Shown here: positions 37,014 to 51,200 of the stretch, in pieces | Position numbering within the stretch: the first letter of the stretch is position 1 | How the letters are laid out: every line of letters begins with the position of its first letter | Source: Daphnia carinata | Taxonomy: Eukaryota | Direction: 5' to 3' | Length of the DNA stretch: 64,000 bases | Assembly: GCF_022539665.2 (NCBI RefSeq) | Contig: NC_081331.1 | Span: forward strand, 1,240,001 to 1,304,000 | Translations under genes and position numbers: made by a program | Notes under the pieces: model-generated | Seen by the model: the letters and a program-made list of their open reading frames with translations, nothing else | Told to the model about the DNA's origin: nothing | Database searches by the model: none

Positions 37014-39075
37014 AACAATGTTTGCTAACATTTCCATGTATAATACGGTTGTGTGTGTGTGTGCGTTACGTCGCTGGGTCGATGAAATATGGAGACCCGT
37101 AGAAATAGTAAATTTTAGAAAATAAGAAAAGTGTCGCGTTTTTCCTTGAATTCGATTTAACGAGCTGTTTTTACCTCCCAACAAGACTGCCACCCTTCAG
37201 CAAAATCCAAGCTACTGCGCTTATGCTAGGCTGTCTGATGACGAGAGTAAGGAATAACTGGGTGAAGGTGATAAAAAAAAAACTGAAAAAGAGGGAGTGA
37301 TAAAAAAAAATCTTTAAAAAGAAAAGTAAAGAAGAAGGTTCGCTTCACAATTTGGCTGTTGGCCCATCTTCGTTGGCCTTGATGGGAGAGTTTGGCAGCG
37401 CAGATGCAGGCATTTCATCTTGGGAAGTTACTGGAAGTCTCCCCGCTCCATATTTCACGAACGATCGCGCTCGTTTCGCCGTTTTACACACACACAGACA
37501 CACACATATACACACTTGCACATCGTCTAAATGCAAAAAGAAGACGGGCCAATAGAAAGAAGATGATAGGGTAGGGCGACAAATGGAGACAAACGTTTTT
37601 AAGAGGAGACCGGAGTAAGGAAAAAAGAGAAGGAAAAACATCAAGGCGAATAAGCGTATTTGGGTATTTTGTTTTTTTTTTGTTTGTTTTTTTGCCATTT
37701 TTGTGCATCTTTTTTCAGTTAGTTTTTTTTTTTTGTGGCCTTTTTTTGTATGCATTTCTTTTATCCAGTCGTATATTTGTATAAGGGAACACAGAATTTC
37801 AGCACGATGCAACACGACACTTTCAAGTATTTCCTGTAACAATAGTCACTTTAATATATTGTGTGATGATCATAACTAAATATATATATATACTGTATAT
37901 ACTGTATAAGATTTGTCTTGGAGAAAGGGGAGGAAAAAAAAACAACAACAGGAAGATCAGTATACAATTTGGCAATTTTGAACGTATTCAATTCATGTAG
38001 GCCTATGCAGATAGTAAACAATAGATGTAATACATCACGTATACCGTTTTCTTCATATCTTAGCGACGGTGACAGGAAGCCGGATGCGTTGCCAAGAGGG
38101 ACACCAGCTGAAAATGCGGAAATTCTGGGGGTAGGCTGGTTGGATCACTTTTTCTGCGTCGAAAAATTTTCCGCCATCTTCCCCATATCCTTGTGATTTG
38201 TTTGCTTGCTTTTCATTTTTTTTTTCTCCATTTTTTTTTTGGAAATTCGGTGAATACTTTAAAAAGGGGATGCACAGCATTGACGGGAATGAAAAATACA
38301 TAAGGTCACAAAAATAGAATTTTTTTTTTCTTTTTCAATAATCATGATATAGTCATAAGAGACGAGTAAGCATAATAGTAATTTAGTATTTCACACGTGA
38401 CGCACGGTATAACGAACGGGGGATAGCATGGGGTAAGCTATCGGGCATCAAGAGAAGAACAGTGCGATAATAAAGTCTGGAGTCATGTTTCAAATAAAGG
38501 GGAAGTGACGTTGGCTTTCATTTCCTTTATTCACCTCTTCAGCAGTGTTCCAATTCGTGACAGTGTCTCTAATCTTGACGTCAACTTTGGCTCCTTGTTT
38601 GAGCGTATTGTTACTATTTTTCACGTTTTTTTGTCTTCTTCCTCGGGTTCATCAGTGTCCATCCGGAACTGAAATCCTCCCATTCCTTCCGGTTGCGGAT
38701 GTTCCGGTGGTTGTTTGTTTTCCAAACGGAGAACAGAAAAAAACACAAAGAAAAAGAAGGAAGACCAGCAAAACACAAATAAAGAAGGAGAAAACAAAAA
38801 TTAAAGGAAAAAGAGCCAGGAATCTTGTCGCATCCGGGTATGGGCAGGGACGGGAATTAAAAAATCGAACGTGGAAATTGATGACCTAGTTGTCCCGCTT
38901 ACACAGCGCAGGGGATATCGATCCCGAATAAAATGGCGAGATAAGTAAAAAAAAGAATAATAATAAAAAATTGGGAAAGGGCGGATGAAAAAGATGACGA
39001 AGCATTCGATTTCTTCTTTTGCATGAAATGATATAGTCATTTTATATTGAAAATTTAGTAGGGTTTTCTGATGAA

Positions 39076-39272
39076 TTATTTCTCTTCGGACGATTCGACC
39101 GTCTCTTTGCACTCGGCCAGAGTCTCGAATTCGATCTTGCGCACTAGTTCGGTGGGCGTTAGCGGAATGATATACTCCGGAGGCAGGCCCGTAACGCCCA
39201 TGGCCTCCTGCTCCTTCCAGAATTGATAGTTCCTCTTCATGTGCTGGAGGAGCTCGGGAACCTCGGCGAAAG
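39076..39272 (-). CDS. Pde8: PDE8 exon 18 (last catalytic helix, C-terminal tail, stop)
   Basis: gcgtag|CT TTC. Translates [23 protein letters not shown]...SSEEK*. Confidence 0.9.
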
Positions 39273-42200
39273 CTACGCAAATAATAGATGGAACGTCAAA
39301 AATGCGCTGCATGTGCGACTCTCATATGAGCCATACAGACGGACGGAGGCACAAACAACAGTTACACAGTTCCTCAAGTCTCAGTGAAACTTGATATAAG
39401 CACAAAGAGAGAAGAAACTGAGAGAGACAGAGAAAAGAGAGAAAGAAAAGGAATAAGATCCCTTTGAAAATGGAAATGACTTGGCCGAGAAAAGACGAGC
39501 GGATATATTGAAAGAAGGCCGGATGGGTTTTTCCGTCCGTTACCGATCAGTTCAAAGCCTCCCCCCCCCCCTCCTCACTATAGCCTTCTTTTTTTTGCAA
39601 CAGCGCCAACTCGGTCGAAGTGGAGGCCAATGAATAAGAAAAGAGACGAAAAGGGTTTTTAGAAGGCGCCTGCTGGTTAAGCAAAGGAAAATCGACTTCT
39701 GTTAGAATAGAAGGCGTGGCTCGTCTTGTTTACTAGCCAAAAAGAGACATAAGACAGAGAGCCATAGAGAGTAAGTTAGCTTAAAAGGAGGACAAGGAAC
39801 ATGGAACAAGCAACCAAATCCAAATGGCTTTTGTAATTCGATCGGAAAAGCCTCGTTTTTACCGTCCCAGGCGTCGAACATGTCGCTGACGAAGTAGTCG
39901 GTGAATCCAATTTGAGATTTCGGGATGGAGCAAGTCTGACGATCGAACTGAGGCATCACCACTGGTAGTCCTTTGGCCTTCTCCTCGGCCGTCTAATCAT
40001 AAAAAAGAAAGTACATCATAGAAAACAATCAATAAAATATCAGCAAAAAAAAAAAAAGATAAATAAATAAACACACAAATTTTGAGCCGTTAGTGAATTA
40101 TTAAGAAATGCATGGACTTGGATGATGATTTATAGAGTTGAAAGTCTGCGGTCAGTAATGAGATGCGGCGACATGCAAGGGTCGCAGACCTTTCGCCATT
40201 TTCCCGCTACTCCTCCGCTTTAATTTGACTGTATCCTGGATAGGTTACGTCGTGTACGAAAAAAACCCTTCATGCAACTCTTCTTTTATCTTGAAGTTAT
40301 ATTAGCTATACGCAGCACACACGGATACCACAGTTGTCTATTCGCATGTATGTACGATACATACATACATAAATAGCAATATGCATGTATTTATAGTCAG
40401 TTACTATAGTGCATCTTCTCTCACCTGGTTGAAGTATTCCTCGGCGATACGGCGCGCCCACTCGATGCACATGTTGAGAGGTCGTGTCGGATTGGAGACG
40501 TCGGCGCATTTGATTAGCATACGCTTGACTAGGATGATGTTCTCCGAAGTGTTGAGACTTGTGTAATCGATTTCGGGCGGCTGAATCACGATTCCCGGGA
40601 ACAACATAAAACGAAAAAATAAAACAAAAAAAAAATAAAATAAAATATTAACAGAAAAAGAAGATGACATCACCCGATTGTGTAAGGGCTTCTAATAGTC
40701 AGACACATTTCTTTTCTTTCTCGTCGGCCATGTCAAACTCGGCAGGTTGGCACCTGACAGGCCTGATGTGGCATCTGAGATCTTTCTTTCCAACATTATT
40801 CTACAAACAGCTGACCGTCGCTGACGCTATACCTCGTACTGGTCTTCGTCTTTGAGGAACGGCTTGGCGAAGATGTTGATGAATTTGGTGAGATGCTCAA
40901 AGTGCTTGGTCATCTCGGTGGCCAGCACCATGTCGATGATACTCTGCCGGATGACTTTGTAGCTTTCGCGGTCCATTCCTTCAACGTCCAAAGACACGTT
41001 CGCATTAAAGGCAACATAATTTATAGCACAACTGCACATATATTACATTTATTGGTAATTATTTATTGTAATTTTTTAAGGAGCGGATTAGAAATTAAAA
41101 TGTTTTCCCTTTTCTGCGAAAACACTCTGCGCTCAGTTGGTCACGGTGACTGCAGCCGTCCCGGCAGGGGACACAAAAACTGCCGCCAAGAGTCAAACAA
41201 TCACCGTCTGGCATCGTGTGAAAAATCTTCGACGAGTGTTATTTATTCTTGTACTGTCACCGAGGCGTAAAGTGAACGGTGGGAGCGTTTTCTTCTATTT
41301 GCCTTTTTTTTCCGCCCTTCCCAGCTTAACTATATTTATTTTTGAACATTTTTCTTCGTAGAGCCGGTTTGTCACACATACCTTTGAAGATGTTGACCCG
41401 GTCATCTTGGCACGTCAGTTTGAAAGCCAGCGCGGCGTGGTGCGACTCGAGGACACTTAGGTCGTTGTACAAAATGGCCAGCTCGTTCCCAGAGTTGCAG
41501 AGGAAACCGCTAGATGCATGTCATTTCCACGAGAAAAAAAAAGAAGCAAAAAAAAAAAAGAATCGTTATGCAAGCAAAGCTGAGACAGGAGTTAGAAACG
41601 AATAGATTTGGTCTTTGACTGGAAAAATTTCTGAGCCCGCAAGATTGAAAAACATAACAGTTGGCAACGTGACACACTTGTGCAATGACGATTCAAAGGT
41701 CTCCCAATTCAACCTCTCTAGTCTTGAAAAAATCTTTGGCTCGCCGGTTGGCATAGCAGTCATAACGAAACATAAAAATCCCACTAATACGCCACTAGGT
41801 TAGAGAACAATCGCATTTACCCAACTAAACATGTTAAGCTATTGTAAACATCTTGACAGGGAACTCAGCGCCTTCTTCACTCCATTAAATGTGGCAATAC
41901 CTTGATAATGAACCTGAGCTGATATAAAAATAACTGGTAAAAAGCACACGACGAAGGGATGTATAATCTAAGATATTTGTCAGCAAGGTCGTAATCCAAA
42001 GTGTAAATTTCACAGCCCCAATCACGGACGTAAATATCATATGACGCATCTTACACGAGAGCCTCTATTTTCCCGCTGAAACGTGAAAACATTGTGACTA
42101 GAAAGATCGAGTCGATCGCTTATTTCTTATCGTGGAATGCAACTCATTGCAATTTTTGCAAGATTAAATGGTGGACAAATAAAATACCTGGTTTTCCCTG

Positions 42201-45200
42201 GATGATCGACGTCATGAATAGCTGCAGCGATGAGGCAAGCGGTCAAATCGAGCGGGTCGAGTAGGGCCTTGATGCGATTGCGCTGCAAAAAGTAGGCCGT
42301 TGACTGTAGGACATCAGCAGCATGGGTTGAATTGTGGTATGTATTGGTCGAGTGGTAATTGGCCTCGATCACCGTCAGCCAGTTCTGCAAAGTGGCCTCG
42401 TCGCAGTTGAGCGTCCTGGGCACCTCGAAACGAGTCATGATCGTCATGCCGAGCCAAACTAGCGGCCTGAAAGATACAGCAAACGCGGTAAAGGCATTGA
42501 ACATGACATTGCCCCTTTCTTCATTTTTCTGCAAATCGTTTTGCTCACCGTTTGCCGGTGAGTTTTTCCAGCCGGATGACATCAAAGTCCCACTGAGAAT
42601 CGTTCTCCAACATCTCCCTCAGCTGGATGGGGATGCTGATGTTGTTCAAACTCGGCAGCAACGGTCTCGAGTAGAGTTGGCTGTGTGAGGACTTGATGGA
42701 CGTCTCATTGGAGCTGCGTCTCGTGTAACCGGGCGGCTTCTGTCCCTGTGTGATCAATGATAAATGATGACTGCGTGTTGAGTAACTTGACGGAATGGTT
42801 CAAAACTTCTTAGCATTATAGAGGCCTGTATGGTATGCGTGTAAGGTACTCCGATTTCTATACCCCATTCTCCCGTCTTTACGTTCGTATATTACATGGG
42901 ACGAATCAAAGTGAATTGCGTAAAAACATAAAAAAAGGAAAACGTAAACGGGTGGGCGAGGAAAACTAACCAGCAGGAGGGCACCGACTAAATCGGTCGT
43001 AACAGGGTCTTCATTTCTTCCTTTCACTTCAGCGACGTGAGGTGCGAACAGTTCCGTGGAACGTAAAATGTCTAATACCTGGAAAAAAAATAGGTAGGTT
43101 TCATTTGGCCAGTTTACTCACATTATACTCACCAGAGTCTGTTATTTAGCTTAAATTTTTTTTCAAAGTTTAATTCCTACTATTCCCCTTTAAATTAACA
43201 TGGATCTATACCTTATCCAAAGCTTGCGATATATAATTAGGACTGGACTCTTGAGCAGCCGTGATGATGTTAATCACTTTAGTGATGGGACCTTCAATAG
43301 CCATCGAATGAAGCCTGGCCAAACTCTGTCTCCGAATGATTGCTCCTGTTTGAATGAAAAACAAATACATCCGATAAGCGTAAAACCCAAAAGGTAAAAA
43401 CTCGATAAAACGGATAGATAATAACTATAAATACCATCACTGCCAACTGAACGGACGTCATAGGAAGCTTTCCTGACCGAGTGGAGAGAGCTTCGTGGCA
43501 TTGGGTAAAAATCGTAAGCTCCCATATCACCAGAAAGCGATTTGTCGATGAACAATGGTGGTGGCTCTTGCAGCAATAGCACGTAATCGGGCGCCTCGTT
43601 TCTATTTACCGGATGCATTTGTTTTCCATGTTGAATGGTCAGGGAGAAAAGGTAAAGAAAACAAAACACTGTAATGAGACAGAATTCCTTTTGTTTGTCG
43701 TCACATGTAAAATGAGTACTACAAAAACAAATCGATAACTTGGTTACTAGTACGTAAAATCGAGCTATAAGGTTTCTAAACAGGAAAAGATGCATCAATG
43801 TCCAAACAATTAACACGTTTGCGATATTTGAGCGACAACGAACTAGCTAGTTGAGCTGCTGATTATTTTACAATGGAAAAACGAGATGGACCATTAACGA
43901 TATCATAGTTTGTTAGGATATTATGAGAGGGAACTTCCTGTTGTATGCCCTCCTTTCCATCCTTTGTCATTGTTCTCATTCTAATCTTTATGTAATAATG
44001 CTTTCGTCTTCATTCTTTATATTCATGCGCTTTACTTGACGACGGATTTGTGTTGCTCATCATAATGGCTGACATAAACACAGTAGAGGGAAAAGAAAAA
44101 ACGAGACGACATAAAAAGGAGAAAGCGATTAGCGAAGCACAAGAAGAAAAATGGGACTATGGATTTAACATGGCCTCGTCCGAGAATTGTGACTTTTATT
44201 GCTCTAAGAAGCACCCAAGCGGATGCGTTGGGAGCCGAACAGTTGACTGACAATTGCCACATAGAGACGGAAGCTTTAAAGTTACTCTGAATTTGGCCAC
44301 TGAAAGGCTTGCAATAGAAGAAGATCCCCAGTTGTGTATTCTGGACTTTCTGAGGTCTTGAGCGTTTCAGTCGATCAAACTTTCATCCTCAGTTGACTCG
44401 ACTTGTGGTGCTCATCTCCCAAAGTTATTAAAAGAACTATGTCATTGGCCAGGACGATAGAACAAAAAAAAAAGTAGGTATACGACTCGAAAACGTACAC
44501 GTACCTATCTCCATTTTTGGATAAGCTTTCATATCCAAACGGGCTATCATCATCAGTAGCTAACTGTCAAACATATCACCATGTTAGGCACAATTTACAC
44601 AGCTACCGAACAAGCAAGTTTACTGTTACCATGTACAGCATGTGCAACATGGATATTGTACAAAACAAACTTCTCGTGTCTACCAGACAAAGATAACCAG
44701 AATATTGACGAATAGTCCCTGTCTTTTATTTATTTTCATGTCTCTGTGTTTTCGAAAGATTGCGCCGTTCGCTTTGAATTATCTAACATCTCGTTCGATG
44801 CCGTGTCTCCTTTTAGCAGCTGGGTCCAAGTAGGTAACCAGCATTCCTAAACTCGACAAATATGGGTTGTGACAGAGTGCTTGTCAGCTATGCACATCGA
44901 GGCTATATCTATGTTGTACCCACTATATTTATTTTTGCTACTTGCTCTGTTTTGTTGTTGTTGTGAACGGCAATCATTCGCGAGTAGAGCGGGACCGAAT
45001 CGCCGGTTCTCCGCCGGACGAAACAGCTGCCTTCCCATTCTCTCGTCTTGTTTGTCAGGACGTGCTGGGCCGCGTCGTTAATGTCGTAGCGGTTGTTGCC
45101 GGCCTCGCACCGGTAGAGTTCGATCATGTTCTTGCCGACGATCTCCTCGGCGGCGAAGCCCAGCAGCCGCTCCACGCCCGGGTTGATATAGCGGATGTTA

Positions 45201-48200
45201 AAGTGGCCGTCAGTCACCGTCACCAGTTCTGTAGGGAAATAAGGGATAACTGATCATTGAATGGTCAAGCACTAGGTCAAATGGAAGGAAGGATTATTGT
45301 CGTTAACACGGTTGTTATACCCCTCGTGACTGCTGCTACTGTCATCGATGCCTCGGCCAAACGCAAACGTTGGCGTGACTGCAGCTCACTGGCTTCCAGC
45401 ATCAACAACTCGCTTAGGCACGATCCCAAGTTGCCGCTCTCTGGGTAACACTGGTGTGTCAAAACGGAGTAGATGAGACGGAAGCAAACACGAGTCAATG
45501 TGTGAAATAGAAAGAAAAGAAAAAACGTTAGTGATTTTTTAATTGAATGACAAACATGCGGCCTACCCGATCGTATCCAATATGTAAGATGCTGCTTACA
45601 ATAGATTCTTCGCGTTCCAGTAAACTGTAAAAGACCACAATGCGCCAATATAGAGCGACATACCAATGAACGAGGAAGGGAATTTGAACATGAGACTGGA
45701 ACAATGCCAACAATCCAATATGACGCGGATAATGACAATGGCTCAACGCCGCATAGCTCTTCACGCACCAGCGAACCGATTCATTTAGAGCGGATTGCGA
45801 TTATTAACAAATCATTGTCACGTTCATCATTGTCAACATCCTTGATACCGTTCGGACTGCGTGTTCTATCCGATGCTTTAACATTTCGTGCGAACGGGTA
45901 GAACTTGCACCATCATAGACCCAAGGGCCACACTCGGTTGAATTGAATCAAGAGCGAGAAGGTATTAACGCAGAGCAAAGACGAAATGGAATAACCAAGG
46001 GAATCACGGATAAACCCAGCCTCCATCTTTAAATAACGTTACCTGTCTTTGCTGTGTGTAATACAAAACCCAATCGGCTTATCAGACGCCCAAACAACTA
46101 ACAAAAAGAAAAGCTCAACAGGTATAACTACATTTGATTAAGGGTAAGCCAATTACAGTGCTTCTTCCCTTTTAAACTTTTGTTATTTAATGATCCGGCT
46201 GACCTATTTCCTAGATCTTCGTTGCGAGAAAATGTTACGTACAAACTCATCCGCAGTGATATACTTAACGGTAATGATTATTAGCTCTGTAGACATACAC
46301 GTTTCTAGCTTTACGTAACGCTACCTATGAGAAGTCATACATCTTCTGCTTCGCCAACAAGAACAAGTAGTTGGAGGGGTTTTAGGTCTTGATGTCTATA
46401 CCACACTGGGAGAGAACATGATCCATGTCTCTCTGAAGACCCTTTATCAGCTGGAAGAAAGCAATGAAAGGTTGCCCAAACTTTTCCCTTCCTGGTATAT
46501 CAATCAACATTTATCTATACTAAGTTAATAGAAACTCACGCGAGAAAAAGCAAAAAATTGTGCAGTAAACCAAAAAGATTTTTGTGCGCTCCAAAGGACG
46601 TCCCTTGCCTCTAAAAGAGAGGCAACATACATGACCTTACAAATGCCCAATATATAGTGATTCAATGAACTAAAAAAGTTCGTTTGATATGCTGTCGCAC
46701 GCAAGTATCAAACTAAAAAGAAATGAGTCCTGATTTATACGGGCTAAACTCCAGCGAGGCTTGAAACTGTGGCGGAGCGTTTTGCAACGAAAGGTGGGCA
46801 ACAACCATTCGAGACGGAGTCATCGAGTACATTGAACAATGCATGGTGAACACGATCACCGTCTGCATGCCTAGTCAACGCCGCGAGAGGAGTTGCCAAT
46901 TTTCTACGAAAACGCGCGTTGGCGGAATAGATGGCTATGGCGGCTAACACACTGGCGCCGCTACGTTATGGATTGTCTTTATGGATGGCGCAGGGCTAGT
47001 TAAGAACTCGTTACTCTTGAATATGTTTCGATTTTAGGTGGACGCCGCATATGATGATGTCGCTCAGCAAATCATCAACCAACTGCGTGGGCTTGTTATA
47101 TTAGTTGGTTAAAGGTGAAAGCTCGTTCTTCATCCGTCGATTTCCCCCCTTGATGAGAAAAATTGGTGATGTATTTGGACTTCGGTGTTGATCGCCTCTA
47201 GACTTGTGATTCGCGAGTCAAGAGTTGAACTATCCAATAGACTTCGATCGAATGAGAAGTCGCAAAGGGAAACGTAACCGATCGAAATTTACCCGCAAGT
47301 TAGTTTCTTGTACGGTTGAGCTAAACTTTTTAATTTACGGATTTTAGATAGAAGATCCAGCGTCAAGGGCTTCCACGAAGGATATTGGGAGAGGAAGAGG
47401 AAAAAAAACTACGAAGGCAAATCTTGTTAAAACTTTTAAAAACACGCGAGGGCTCTATCCTTTTTGATGAAATATCAGTTCCCTTATTCGCTCAGTTTAT
47501 CGTGACTAGGGAAACTAAAAGACGAGGGTAAACTAACAAAAATTGCAAAATCTCAGGATGGAGATAGAGAGACAAAGGAGAAATATTAAAGAGCTTCTCG
47601 TTCGGGAACGCGTTCATGTTTGGGTTGCTGCACTCAAGATCCTCCTTCCGTTTGCTTGTTCTGCGTGAACTCCGATAACCTTACGCAGCGCATTTCAAAA
47701 ACAAGCATGACAACCGGTGTATGGCGGAATTCAGCTTTTAAAAAATGCATGCATAAATGAGAAGGGAAGAGCGGACTAATAGGAATAAGCTCTCCATCAC
47801 TGTGTAGTGACCAGTTGTACCTGCGGACTATTCGCGGAATGATTACACGGACGTCAGCCATTACACAGCCAATGCCTCTTTGGTGAGTCGCGAGAGATCG
47901 ACGAGGAATGAATCAAATGGAATCACATTCGTTCGAGGTCGTACTTTCTAGTTGATGGTGTGCTGCCGTTTAGCCCGTCCGGGCTGATCGATGGTTGCCC
48001 CCCCCACCAAGTTCCCGTCGTCATGATTCATGAATCCCTTTCCTTGTCGTCTGTTCGTCTCCTCCGTTTTTATTCAAATAAATGTCCCAGAGATTGAAGG
48101 GAGAAGCCAAAAGTGCCAGACATATTATGTGAACGGAGATAATGGGCACAGAGACAAAAGGGGAAACTGAAAGGCTCTTTACTTTCAAGACAGATAGAGT

Positions 48201-51200
48201 GGCGGGTACCAACGATTTTGCTCGATCTACTCTCCCGCTCCTTCTCATTCGCCCTCGTTATATAATGAAGCTGAAATCTGACGTAAATCATCTACGAAGA
48301 CTTCCCTACTTAAATAGTAAGTCCTACATGATTGCATTATTCTTCCCAACGTAATAACGCCAAAAGAAGTTAAAGAAAAGGCACGGGTTTTGTTTTGTTT
48401 TTCTACTTACTTTCGTTTAACGACGGCGAGAATGATGGGGTAGTTACCTCCTGGCTGCGTGCGGATCCACCTGTAACCAAGGTCGTAAACAGTAACCATG
48501 TCATTAATAAAAATGTAAAGGAAATCAATGAAGTCTTTACAAATTCAACAGATGGCTATGACGTGGAAAACAAGAATTGCGAGAGAAAAAAAAGCGTTGC
48601 CGTGAACAACGTGCGTCTAGAATAGCAGAGGATTTCCAGTTTAATGTTATGTACAACATCCAGGATGTCTGAAGTGGAAAGAGTAAAGAGACGAGGTTGA
48701 GTAAACTGGGGTTACACATACACAACAAAAAAAAAGGGAGAATTGTAGAGTATTATGCAGCTTTCGTGTTCTCCTCTCAACGACTCCATTCACTTCGGGT
48801 ATCAAAGAAAAACTTTAGCCGTATGACGTCAATCTATCAAGTTATCCATCTAGCGTGTATTGTTTACGTCTCAACAGGCGGTGTCTAACTGAAGACGCAA
48901 CCGAGTAGGTAAGTATAAATTGTCAAACTGTACCCGATAAATCCCGTTAACAAAAAAAAAAAAACAGGGCTTGTAGATTTGTCAAAACGTTTTCTTTTTT
49001 CATCGCTCCGTCTTCATACATGCCAGATTTCCACTCCCAACGATGACGTCGGCTGGAAAAGCCTTTTTAGAATTCAGTATTTTTTTTTGTGTTGCCTTTT
49101 ATTTTAGGTTCGATTCAGTGCCTCTTACTTATTGCTTTCCCTTGGCTTTTTTTTCCTCTAGCGTTTTAAATGCAGAATTTTGGACATACATTAATTCTAT
49201 GAATATGCAAAATTTAATTATCGTTCTGCAGCAGATTTGAGCCGCAAAGAAAAATTTAAAAGAACAAAGGGAAAGTTTAGTTCGTTCGGCCTGTGCAGCT
49301 CCGTGTTCACGAGCATCAATATCGATCAAAAGTTCTCCAGTTTCTTTACACTCTACCCCCTCCTATACATATATGCATAAACGGTGGGAGAACCATCCTG
49401 TCTTGCTAGCGATAGTGCTGAAAACGAAAAACCAAATGTCACTGATGGCGCACCAAATAAAGAGTTTTCAAATAGGCAAATTTCGAGCTCGATATTTGAC
49501 GTTTATGTGGCAATAGATTACGGAACGAGTGTTCGTGTTATGGCCGTCAGGGTGTGTACTATTGGAAATCGATTTGCTTCCTCCTCTGTTCTGCAGCTGT
49601 CGAGTTTCTAATCGAATTCGAATGAAAAAAATCCCGATGGCTCTTGATCACGAAGAGCGAAAACAGGAGTGAGAAACATGACTGCGAAAGAATAGAGACT
49701 AGAACGTCACCTGCAGAGAGCATCGACTTCGCGACTACGACTAGCTGAGCGCCGGTCGATAACGATCAAATTGGGTTCCAATTCAGCAATTTTGCGCTGG
49801 ACGAGCTCCGTTTGAAGGGTGCGGACAAGCACGTCTTGATGATGGATTTCGTGGCTATTGCTGCTACTGCTACTGTGGCTACTCCGGCTGTTGCTGTGGC
49901 TCATCTCCGTGCCGCCACAGCGACTGGCCAGCTTCCGACAGGCCCACAACCATGCGTCACTTTGGGCATCCTCACGTTCGAAGACCAACATTACCTAAAG
50001 AGACAAACAGAAAATCAAAAAGAATGATGTCACCCGACATAGAGACAGCTACAAAGACGGACGATGACATAATAAAGAAATGACTAAGAGGAAACCATTT
50101 GCAACCTGGTTTCCACGCTCTTTTCGTTTTGGCAACCCTCTTTCGATGCGTGCATGCTTGCTTAATTAGTCACGCTTTTTTCTTCCTGTGTCATCATGAA
50201 GTATTCTTTTCGCCGCGATTCGGAGCAATTAGTGTTGTGTCTTAAGCTCTCCTCCCAATCAGTGAAATCAATCAAAAAACGACAGAGGACGACAATGCCT
50301 GATTAGCGAGCTGTTGTTGTACAACTTGAGCTTGTTGGACAAAAGCTCAGACAAAAACCAAACGCACGACACCTTGTCCCGTAGTTAAATTATCTATGTT
50401 ATAGCTACTTGAGCTAGTTGATAAGAATCATTAGAGACGGAGACATCAGTACTTGATAAGCATCAAAAATTAAAAGCAAAACCTACAGCATACGTCATCT
50501 GCGTTTTCGGCCTCGTTAGAGGGTATCCCTTTTTGAAAAGTCGTACGTCCAAAACAGCAAGACGCAATTAATGCTGTTTAGCATCAAAGTGTAATGAGCT
50601 TTGCGATTAAGACATTTATAACAATAAAGCTAATTACGGAAGAAGCAGGAGAAGAAAATTTAACCATTGATTGGAGATCGCCTGTGTATGTTGATTTACC
50701 TATTATTTTGCAAGCCAGCTGATTGGCACCTGAAAACTGCGGACTAACGGGCCTGATTGTTTGTTCTCCTCCATTTATCTAATGGGTCGCATTTTTGTTT
50801 TGCATGTTCTCATCAGTCTTTTGTTTACAGACAAGATGGGTCTTTACAATTTTTCACCGGTCTGTTCTCATCACCTTTTGTTGAAATTCAAAACTGAAAG
50901 CATTAGTCAGCCAAGTCGACGGCTACGGTGAATCGCTTTTCTCATTTGAAAACTCATTTTCAAAAATGCTTCTCTTTTCCGTTTTGTCCTTGTCGCTCTT
51001 CCTTTTCATACGTGTAGCTCCACCGTAGCCCTCTCATCTAATAAATTAGTATTTACTAAAGGTCTTTGATGTTTTCCTTCCCACTGAAAAATTTTCTGTG
51101 TACTGTACGGCACAACTTTTTCCTCATAGTAACCCAGTTGAACGGAGGCAAGAGAATGGCGGGCATCTTCTTCGCTATTATTCATTTTCATTTTGGGTAG

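Noticed and set aside
40700..40800. Open in-frame segment after an AG between PDE8 exons 15 and 16
   Set aside because: It would require a 32-nt intron and has only a weak donor.
44050..44250. Plus-strand charged 66-aa ORF nested in a PDE8 intron
   Set aside because: Its composition is explained by the opposite-strand pyrimidine-rich intron sequence; no homology or promoter evidence.
45655..45775. Minus-strand reading ...[12 protein letters not shown]..., which resembles the PDE8 REC strand VIVGVV
   Set aside because: It would need a 39-nt intron and gives the wrong phase. The exon at 48470-48411 (PIILAVVKR) fits both phase and similarity.
46605..46625. Short inverted repeat ttgcctct...agaggcaa, and a similar one near 26595-26624
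   Set aside because: Stems of 8-11 bp are expected by chance in 64 kb and are too short for a pre-miRNA or MITE.
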